Shown here piece after piece: positions 44,997 through 52,892 of a stretch of 64,000 nt of DNA. The stretch covers positions 32,402-96,401 of the forward strand of contig JBJEGD010000022.1 in the NCBI GenBank assembly GCA_051874735.1, given 5' to 3'. The DNA is from Candidatus Bruticola sp. (GTDB taxonomy: Bacteria; Vulcanimicrobiota; Xenobia; Xenobiales; Xenobiaceae). Both the position numbers and the translations under genes were made by a program. Within the stretch, counting starts at the first letter, position 1; the number at the start of each line of letters is the position of its first letter. The notes under the pieces are model-generated. The model did no database searches. It saw only the letters and a list, made by a program, of their open reading frames with translations, and was not told where the DNA came from.

Positions 44997-46696
44997 ATAC
45001 ATCCGTTCAAAATATGCAAAATAACTGCAGAGAACAAATAGATTCCGCTCCTGGAGCTTCACCTGGTTCAGCTGAAGCGGTCTTTAATCCAGCCGTCGGT
45101 TCCCCGGAGCAGAATCTTCATGCCCCTTGGGCGCCCAAATCCGGCTGGTATGGTGAGGCTAAAGATTTCAGTGTCGTCTTAATAGCTATGTACAGCGTAG
45201 AGAATGCCGGTCTACGCTACTTATCGGCAGCTCTTCGTCGCGCAGGCTTCAAAGTAAATCTAATTTTTTTGCGGGATTGGGTCAACAACAAATTAGAAAT
45301 GCCTTCCGCTGAAGAACTTGAACTCGTATTTGATATTATTGCTGAAAAAAAAGCTAATTTTGTAGGTATAGGTTTTATTTCTAGCCTACTTTCTATGGCA
45401 GAAAAACTTACCGTACGCTTAAGAGAACGTTTTCCCCATCTGCCTATCTGCTGGGGGGGAATTCATGTTACGGCAGTGCCTGAAGGGGCTCTCGATTACG
45501 CCGACTATCTCTGTCTTGGAGAGGGAGAAGCTCCCTTAATTGATCTGTGTGAAGCGCTGTATAATAACCAGTTTACTGGAAATATTTTCAATATTTGGGC
45601 AAAGCTTAACGGAAAAATTTTCAAAAATGAAATGCGTCCGCTCATAGCTAATTTAGACGAGCTTCCTTATCCAGACGTAGACGACTTTAACAAATTTTAT
45701 ATCGAAGATAAAACTATACACAACGAAGAACCTTGGAAAAGAACGGCCGAGTATCGAATATATTGTTCTAGAGGCTGCCCTTACAATTGCTCTTACTGTT
45801 ATGTATCTATCCTACGCGAAAAATTTGCTGCGGACAAACAGAAGTTTTACCGTCTTCGTTCAGTTGAGCATATACTTGGTGAACTGGAATATATAAAAGC
45901 TCATTTTCCACGCTTGGCTAGAGTAAAAATAGATGATGATACTGCTTTTGCGGCCCCAGCTGCATGGGTAGATGAGTTCTGTACAAAATATCCACAACGC
46001 ATTAATTTGCCCTTTGAATGCATGCTTATACCGCCCATGCTGAAACGTCCTTTCTTAGAAAAACTTCAAAAAGCCGGATTAGTTCGCTTGCAAACTGGCA
46101 TTGAAAGCGGCTCGCCTCAAGAAAGTTTATCTGTGCACAATAGAGTGCCAGGCAATAATAATATTTTAGCTTTTTCTAAATTTAATAGAGAATTACGTAT
46201 AAATGCAGTTTACGACCTGATTATCGACAATCCATGGGCTTCAGAATCGATGAAATTAGAAACTGCTCAATTTTTATTAGAACTGGAGCGCCCTTACGAC
46301 ATTTACTTTTATTCGCTAAATTATTTCCCAGGTACAGCCATTACCAAACGTCTTTTAGCAGAAGGACGCATTGATGCAACTCAAGTAGAAGGTCTTAACA
46401 ACAAAGCTTGGAAACAGTTCCGGGTTTCTATGGACTGGCCGCGCAGTCCCGAAGATCGCTTTTACTTGTCGATCTATTGTTTAGCCTCTAAAACGTTTAT
46501 ACCCAAAGCCTTTATCCGCTTTCTGCTCAAACATCGCCAATATTTTAAACACCACTGGCAGGTTCCCTTTATTTTAGCTTGGGCTGCAAATTTCTTAAAA
46601 ATGGGAGCAGTTGCCTGGCGTTATCTGATCAACGGCGAATTGACCTGGTTCAAAATCAGACAATACGGCGATTTACGCAAACTAATCAGCCAATAA
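44990..46696 (+). CDS. B12-binding-domain radical SAM protein
   Basis: GLRYLSAAL, WGGIHVT, GEGE, SRGCPYNCSYC, DDD, GIESGS, FPGT; overlaps the upstream stop. Confidence 0.92.
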   Translation: MLDTSVQNMQNNCREQIDSAPGASPGSAEAVFNPAVGSPEQNLHAPWAPKSGWYGEAKDFSVVLIAMYSVENAGLRYLSAALRRAGFKVNLIFLRDWVNNKLEMPSAEELELVFDIIAEKKANFVGIGFISSLLSMAEKLTVRLRERFPHLPICWGGIHVTAVPEGALDYADYLCLGEGEAPLIDLCEALYNNQFTGNIFNIWAKLNGKIFKNEMRPLIANLDELPYPDVDDFNKFYIEDKTIHNEEPWKRTAEYRIYCSRGCPYNCSYCYVSILREKFAADKQKFYRLRSVEHILGELEYIKAHFPRLARVKIDDDTAFAAPAAWVDEFCTKYPQRINLPFECMLIPPMLKRPFLEKLQKAGLVRLQTGIESGSPQESLSVHNRVPGNNNILAFSKFNRELRINAVYDLIIDNPWASESMKLETAQFLLELERPYDIYFYSLNYFPGTAITKRLLAEGRIDATQVEGLNNKAWKQFRVSMDWPRSPEDRFYLSIYCLASKTFIPKAFIRFLLKHRQYFKHHWQVPFILAWAANFLKMGAVAWRYLINGELTWFKIRQYGDLRKLISQ

Positions 46697-47030
46697 AAGT
46701 GCTTGCCGACTCACTCAATGCTTATAGTACAGAATATGCTTAAACAGTCTAGCTACTGACGGCAAAAAATGTCGAAACGATTTCAACTACAAGTGTTATG
46801 CTGAGACAAGCATCAAGGAACAAAATATCTTATTACTTTTAGCTGGTAGCTGAAACGAATTAAATATTTATGTGATAAAAAAATAAGCTGCTTAAGATAG
46901 TTAATAAAATTTGCACAAACAAGCCTAAACATACGTTTTTATATAGTTTATTAGTGCAGACTAGGCTAAAATTGACTAAAATAAGCCTTATTTTATTAAA
47001 TTTTTCTGAACATTTCGTCAACGTAAGTCC

Positions 47031-47059
47031 TTGACTACTTTGTATGGCCGTTTTACAAT
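47031..47059 (+). promoter_or_regulatory. Sigma70-type promoter giving a long (~450 nt) leader
   Basis: TTGACT, 17-nt spacer, TACAAT. Confidence 0.6.
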
Positions 47060-47517
47060 CTCAATGCGAATTGGAATTGAAGCTACGATTTTCTTTGGTG
47101 TTAGTTATTTTTTTAGTGAGTTTGATTATGTTTTGCTTGTAAATCCGGTTTTATGAACTTAATTTATAATATTTTTGTCTCTAATGCTTTTATAAAGTGA
47201 GTTCACTTGCATGATTATAAGCTCATACCCTGCAATTAACGGATATTTTGGAACCTACAAGTTTTTTATCTGCTTATTCTGAGGTAACAGTACTCAAACA
47301 GGAGCAAATTACAGCACCCATAGGAAAAAGGGCTGGAAATGTATCTAAGTACGCATAGAATTTAGTGCTCTGATGCAAACCATAGGGTTCATACTTAGCC
47401 GCGAATTTTTGTTGGCTTGCATGGCTCCTAAGTTTTCTAAGTTATTCAAACTGTAGGAAATATGTCTTACGAAGCTCGCGTTCCTGTTGACTATATTCCT
47501 TATTGGAGGGAATTTGA

Positions 47518-47823
47518 GTGTTTACTGATCGTACTTTAACCTGCTGCGACTGTGGCAACGATTTTGTTTTTACTGCCGGAGAGCAGGAGTTTTATGCCTC
47601 CAAAGGTTTTGCCAGCGATCCCCGCCGCTGTCCGGAGTGTCGTCGTATCCATAAACGAAACCGAGAAAATGGCGCATTAGGCCGTTCTAATGGTACGCGT
47701 GAAATGTTTGAAGTCATTTGTGCAGAATGCGGCCAAACTGCTAAAGTACCTTTCCGACCTCGCAATGATAAACCTATTTACTGCAGCGATTGTTTCAAAA
47801 AACACGGCGGCGCCCATCGCTAA
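47518..47823 (+). CDS. Zinc-ribbon + CxxC-x17-CxxC domain protein
   Basis: DRTLTCCDCG..FVFTAGEQEFY..KGF...PRRCPECR; CAECG...VPFRP....PIYCSDCF; GTG start after GGAGGG. Confidence 0.92.
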   Translation: MFTDRTLTCCDCGNDFVFTAGEQEFYASKGFASDPRRCPECRRIHKRNRENGALGRSNGTREMFEVICAECGQTAKVPFRPRNDKPIYCSDCFKKHGGAHR

Positions 47824-47869
47824 TTTCGGTAGTGAGCGCAACTTTAAAAGAGTAAAAATTTGTTTGAAA

Positions 47870-47909
47870 GCCGTTCCCCCCTTATTAGGGGGAACGGCCT
47901 TATTTTTTT
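47870..47909 (+). terminator. Intrinsic terminator
   Basis: gccgttccccc / gggggaacggc, then a T run. Confidence 0.85.
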
Positions 47910-48058
47910 GCGAAAGGGAAAGACCCTAAGACGCTTTGCAGTCAGTTAATTGACGCGAAGCTAGACTTTAATTGCTTACATTTTGCGGAGCGTTCTCCAA
48001 AAATATTTAATTGAAGTCAGCTCCATTTCATGAACTTAACCAGGAAAGATAGAATAAT

Positions 48059-49015
48059 ATGTTGACATCTGAAGATGAACTTATTAAACAAGCAGCTCAA
48101 GAATTAAACAGAGGAGGTATGGTTGCTTTCCCCACAGAAACTGTATACGGATTGGGTGCAGATGCAGCTAACCCGGAAGCGATACGAAAAGTCTATGCTC
48201 TCAAGGGGAGACCAGCCGATCATCCTTCCATAGTCCACCTAGACGAGCTTGATAAATTACAGCTGTGGGCCAGAGAGATACCGAACGCGGCTCGTAAGTT
48301 GGCTGAACATTTTTGGCCTGGACCTATGACCTTAATACTGCCCAAACGACCCGAAGTTCTAACTCAAGTAACTGGCGGTCAAGACAGCGTAGGTCTGCGC
48401 ATACCAGCTCATCCTCTGACTCGCAAATTAATCTCAGTCTTCGGACGCGGCTTAATCGGTCCTTCAGCCAACCGCTTCGGCCATATAAGCCCCACCAGTG
48501 CAGACCATGTGCGCGAAGAATTCGGCAGCCAGCTTCGTTTTATTCTAGATGGTGGTCCATGTTCCGTAGGTGTAGAATCAACTATCATTGATTTCTCTAA
48601 AGAGCAGCCAGTTATAGTGCGTCCAGGTATGCTAAGTGCCTCGGTAATTAGCGATATAGCTGGTATTCCCATTAGCTGCGGTCAAGGCAGCAAAGCTCCT
48701 GGAACTTTAAAAAAGCATTACGCTCCTCATTCTCCAGCGAAATTAGTCACGGCAGAACAACTTATGCAGTTGGCTTCCCAACCGCAAGGATCTACCGTAA
48801 TTTTAAGCAGGAATGAATATATTTATCCTGTCAACAACTTAGTACGCAGCCTTCGTTTACCAAACAATCCGGAAGAATGTGCCCAAGCTCTTTACAATTT
48901 GCTGCGTTATGCGGATAGTCTTCGTCCGCAAACTATTCTCATTGAGCAGCCCCCACAAAATAACGAACGCTGGTTTGCCCTCTTGGATAGACTGCAGCGG
49001 GCCTGTGCCAATTAA
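48059..49015 (+). CDS. tsaC: Threonylcarbamoyl-AMP synthase (Sua5-type, with C-terminal domain)
   Basis: AFPTETVYGLGADA, KGRPADHP, FWPGPMT, PSANRFG, GVESTI, PGTLKKHYAP. Confidence 0.95.
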   Translation: MLTSEDELIKQAAQELNRGGMVAFPTETVYGLGADAANPEAIRKVYALKGRPADHPSIVHLDELDKLQLWAREIPNAARKLAEHFWPGPMTLILPKRPEVLTQVTGGQDSVGLRIPAHPLTRKLISVFGRGLIGPSANRFGHISPTSADHVREEFGSQLRFILDGGPCSVGVESTIIDFSKEQPVIVRPGMLSASVISDIAGIPISCGQGSKAPGTLKKHYAPHSPAKLVTAEQLMQLASQPQGSTVILSRNEYIYPVNNLVRSLRLPNNPEECAQALYNLLRYADSLRPQTILIEQPPQNNERWFALLDRLQRACAN

Positions 49016-49058
49016 TTATGCAAGAGGTTAAAGGCTTATAACTGTCGTAAATTCAGCC

Positions 49059-49562
49059 ATGCGTATAGTCACAGCTTTCAAAGCTTTTTTTAAAGCCCTG
49101 TTCGATGGTACTTTTGCTGAAAAGTTGTCCATTTTATTAGGAGAAAAAGCAGAGCAGCCCCAGTCATCAGTTAGCACCCCTTCAATGTATCCTGGTGCAG
49201 TCGGACTGCTAGCTCTGCTGCAGCGTGAAGGGCGGCTCATAGATTTTTTGCAAGAAAACCTAGATAACGTTCCTGAGGCGCAGATAGGCGCAGTCGTCAA
49301 ATCTACTGTATATAAAGGATGCCGCAAAGCCCTTAAAGATTATCTGGAGCTAGAGCCAGTGCGCTCAGAAGAAGAAGGCTCCGAGATCACAGTAGATGAA
49401 GGTTTTGATCCCAACAGCATCCGTTTAGTTGGCAAAGTTGAAGGGAACCCTCCATTTAAAGGCATCTTACGCCACCAAGGCTGGCGTCTTGTTAAAGCAA
49501 ATCTTCCTCAAAGTACCGATGATAATTCCGATATTATTTGTCCAGCCGAAGTAGAACTTTAA
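49059..49562 (+). CDS. DUF2760-family protein
   Basis: LLALLQREGRLIDFLQE, GFDP..IRLVG.V.G.PPF.G.LRH.GW, PAEVEL; directly upstream of an Hsp70-family gene. Confidence 0.85.
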   Translation: MRIVTAFKAFFKALFDGTFAEKLSILLGEKAEQPQSSVSTPSMYPGAVGLLALLQREGRLIDFLQENLDNVPEAQIGAVVKSTVYKGCRKALKDYLELEPVRSEEEGSEITVDEGFDPNSIRLVGKVEGNPPFKGILRHQGWRLVKANLPQSTDDNSDIICPAEVEL

Positions 49563-49611
49563 TTTGCAGAGGCTATATATTGAAAAAGTATTCCAGGAGA
49601 GAGAACATTTT

Positions 49612-51426
49612 ATGATTATAGGTATAGACTTAGGAACGACTAACTGCGCCGTAGCCTGGTCCGATCCGGATGCTATTTCATCAGAACAGAAAACCCGCAA
49701 AGAGACTCCACCTATACACCATTTTGCTATTTCCCAACTGACTTATCCGGCCACCGTTGAACATCGCAGCACTTTGCCATCTTTTTTGTATTTTCCAGGC
49801 ACTCACGAACTCCCCCCAGGTAGTCTAGAACTTCCTTGGGATAAAAACATTAACAGTGTTGTAGGCTACTTAGCTCGTGAGCAAGGAGCTAAAGTTCCTC
49901 ATAGAGTTGTTTCTTCGGCAAAATCTTGGCTTTCCGGTGATCAGGCTGATCGCAATGCCCCAATTCTTCCCTGGAATGCCCCAGATGAAGTTGAGCACAT
50001 TTCCCCTATAGACGCTTCATCTCGATACTTAGAACATTTGCGCTCTGCTTGGGATTTTGAACATCCAGAATGTCCTCTAGCTGAGCAACAAATTGTACTT
50101 ACCGTCCCTGCTTCTTTTGATACTATTGCCAGAGAACTTACTGTTCAGGCAGCTCATAAAGCCGGCCTTACCAAACTTACCTTACTCGAAGAACCGCAAG
50201 CTGCTTTTTATGCCTGGTTGGACAACAGTGAAAAAGATTGGCGTTCGCAAGTTGCTGTGGGGGATAAAATATTAGTCTGTGACATCGGAGGAGGCACCAC
50301 TGACTTTAGCCTTATAAGCGTAACCAATCAAGATGGTAATTTATCCTTAGAACGCTCAGCAGTTGGAGACCATATTTTGTTAGGCGGAGACAATATGGAT
50401 CTCACCCTAGCCGTCTGCTTGCAGCAAAAGCTTAAAGCTGAACGCAAAATTAAGCTCGACAGCTGGCAAATGCAAATACTAACCCATGCTTGCAGAACTG
50501 CCAAAGAGCAACTCCTACAAGAAGATGGCGAAGAAGAATGGAATGTGACTATTCCCGGACGAGGCAGCAGTCTTATTGCTTCCTCTATAACTGTTCCTCT
50601 GTCCAGACAACTTACTGAACAGCTTATAGTAGATGGCTTTTTTCCGAAATGTTCCATAGAAGATCAAGCTGTCCGCTCTCGTCAAAGCGGTCTGCGCGAG
50701 TTAGGATTGCCCTTTGAGTCAGACCCAGCCGTCACTAAGCATTTAGCTCGTTTCTTAACAGTTAATAAACCTGAAGACAGTACAGTTCCATTCTTTGCAC
50801 CTACAGCTATTTTATTTAACGGAGGAGTATTGAAAGCTCCAATGTTGAGACGCCGCCTAACGGAAACTTTAAATAGTTGGCTCGCCTCTATTGGAGCACC
50901 GCCTGTAAAAGAACTAGAAGGAGCTGATTACGATCTAGCCGTAGCCCGCGGCGCTGTACGCAGCGGTCTAGCTAGTCATGGAGCGGGCATAAGGATAAAA
51001 GCGGGTACTAACCGCTCGTACTACCTTGGCATTGAAACTTCTATGCCCGCTGTGCCAGGTCTTACTCCACCCATAAAAGCCCTCTGTACGGCTCCATTCG
51101 GCATGGAAGAAGATTCTCGTGAGAAACTGCCGGGCAGAAGCTTTGGCCTAGTAGTTGGCGAGCCAGTCGAATTTCGTTTTCTTGCTTCAACCTGCCGTCA
51201 GCAAGATCAACTCGGCGATCTTATCGACGATTGGGAAGATGATATGGAAGAATTACCTCCCCTGCAGGTGACCTTGCCCGCCGAAATGGGTGAAGTTGGT
51301 AAAATTATCCCCGTTACTTTAGAAACTCATGTCACTGAAGTAGGCACTTTAGAAGTATGGTGTTGTCAAGAAAATGTTCCCAAATGGCGCTTAGAATTTG
51401 AAGTGCGTTCTTCCGGACGCTCCTAA
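49612..51426 (+). CDS. Atypical Hsp70-family protein (DUF2760-associated)
   Basis: IGIDLGTTN, LTVPASFD, EEPQAAFY, DIGGGTTD, LLGGDNMD. Start set at ATG 49612, after AGGAG. Confidence 0.9.
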   Translation: MIIGIDLGTTNCAVAWSDPDAISSEQKTRKETPPIHHFAISQLTYPATVEHRSTLPSFLYFPGTHELPPGSLELPWDKNINSVVGYLAREQGAKVPHRVVSSAKSWLSGDQADRNAPILPWNAPDEVEHISPIDASSRYLEHLRSAWDFEHPECPLAEQQIVLTVPASFDTIARELTVQAAHKAGLTKLTLLEEPQAAFYAWLDNSEKDWRSQVAVGDKILVCDIGGGTTDFSLISVTNQDGNLSLERSAVGDHILLGGDNMDLTLAVCLQQKLKAERKIKLDSWQMQILTHACRTAKEQLLQEDGEEEWNVTIPGRGSSLIASSITVPLSRQLTEQLIVDGFFPKCSIEDQAVRSRQSGLRELGLPFESDPAVTKHLARFLTVNKPEDSTVPFFAPTAILFNGGVLKAPMLRRRLTETLNSWLASIGAPPVKELEGADYDLAVARGAVRSGLASHGAGIRIKAGTNRSYYLGIETSMPAVPGLTPPIKALCTAPFGMEEDSREKLPGRSFGLVVGEPVEFRFLASTCRQQDQLGDLIDDWEDDMEELPPLQVTLPAEMGEVGKIIPVTLETHVTEVGTLEVWCCQENVPKWRLEFEVRSSGRS

Positions 51427-51776
51427 TGTTCAAGGGGCGAGAAGCTAAACATTTATAAAATGTAACTCATTTCAGCAGGGCTTCCCCCCCTTGTTTGGAA
51501 AATATTAAGTTGTGCAGTTTACCTAGCTTATGTTTTTTTGATCGTCTCGGTCAGGTTTCAGCCTGAGTATTCTGCATAAGCGCCCACCAATACAGGAACG
51601 AGCTGCAGCTTAATTCCAACTATAAAACGTTTTTGGAATAGCCAATAATTGTTTGAGCCCCTTGATTGATGGGTAGGTAACTTATATTTGCCGACGGAAA
51701 ATTACCTCATAGTTTTAGGATTTTCTGCCATCAAAGCAGTTCCGCTCCTGATGAACGGATAGAAGGAGACATATTT

Positions 51777-52880
51777 ATGATCCCTATTTTAGAACTTCGC
51801 ACTCAGTACTCTCAAATTCAAGATGAATTAGAAGAGGCTGTACTGAAAGTTCTGCGCTCTACGGCCTACGTTCTAGGCCCCGAGGTAAAAGCTTTTGAAG
51901 AGGAGTTCGCCGCTTGGAACGGAGTTAAGCACGGTATCGGCGTAGGAAACGGCACAGATGCTCTACAGTTGGCAGTTAGGGCCCTAGATTTAAAAGCCGA
52001 AGATGAAGTAATCGTACCCTCGTTTACTTTTGTTGCCTCCGCCGGAGCTGTCGCTTTAGCCGGTTCTAAAGTAGTTTTCGCTGATATTGATCCCCATACT
52101 TTTTCTTTAGATCCCGAAAGTCTTAAAAAGGCTATAACTCCTCATACTAAAGCGGTAATCTGCGTTCACCTTTACGGACATGCAGCCGATATCAGTGCCA
52201 TAAAGTCTATCTGCCAGGAACACAGCTTGGCTCTCATCGAGGACTGCGCTCAGGCCACAGGTGCTGAAATCAACGGACAAAAAGTTGGTGGATTCGGCGA
52301 TATGAGCTGTTTTTCTTTCTTCCCCAGCAAAAATTTAGGTGGCATTGGCGATGGCGGCATGGTTTTGACAAATAGCGACAGCTACTTTGAAAAGATCAAC
52401 ATGTTGCGCGGTCACGGCAGCAAAGTACGCTATTATCATGAAATTTTGGGTACTAACAGCCGTTTAGATGAAATTCAGGCTGCGGCTCTGCGCGTCAAAC
52501 TCAGACACGTAAACGAATGGAATATAAAAAGGCGCTCTGTAGCTCAAAAATATACAGAGGCCCTGCAAGGTATTGACGGTTTAATTACTCCTGTAGAGCG
52601 CGAGGGTTACCGTCACGTTTTCCATCAATATACAATTCGTGCGCCTAAGCGGGACGAGCTCTTTGATTATATGCGTGCTCATGGAGTAGGCCCTGCTATT
52701 TACTACCCCGTCTGTCTCCACCTGCAAAAAACCTTTGCAGCTAGCGGAATGAAGGAGGGCTCTCTCCCCGTTTGTGAGCAGCTTCAAAAAGAAGTACTGT
52801 CTCTGCCTATGTTCCCTGAACTTACCGATGAACAAATCAACGCCGTGGTATCTTCAATTAAGAGTTTTTTCCGCGTATAG
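51777..52880 (+). CDS. DegT/DnrJ/EryC1/StrS sugar aminotransferase (canonical)
   Basis: GNGTDAL, VHLYG, IEDCAQA, FSFFPSKNLGGIGDGG, NSRLDEIQAA. Confidence 0.95.
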   Translation: MIPILELRTQYSQIQDELEEAVLKVLRSTAYVLGPEVKAFEEEFAAWNGVKHGIGVGNGTDALQLAVRALDLKAEDEVIVPSFTFVASAGAVALAGSKVVFADIDPHTFSLDPESLKKAITPHTKAVICVHLYGHAADISAIKSICQEHSLALIEDCAQATGAEINGQKVGGFGDMSCFSFFPSKNLGGIGDGGMVLTNSDSYFEKINMLRGHGSKVRYYHEILGTNSRLDEIQAAALRVKLRHVNEWNIKRRSVAQKYTEALQGIDGLITPVEREGYRHVFHQYTIRAPKRDELFDYMRAHGVGPAIYYPVCLHLQKTFAASGMKEGSLPVCEQLQKEVLSLPMFPELTDEQINAVVSSIKSFFRV

Positions 52881-52892
52881 GAGATTATCTTT

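Noticed and set aside
37446-46696. RiPP (ranthipeptide/sactipeptide) interpretation of the radical SAM operon
   Set aside because: No precursor peptide, RRE/PqqD domain, peptidase or ABC exporter. The accompanying enzymes are sugar-type. The Cys-rich 47518 ORF is a known zinc-ribbon family with its own promoter.
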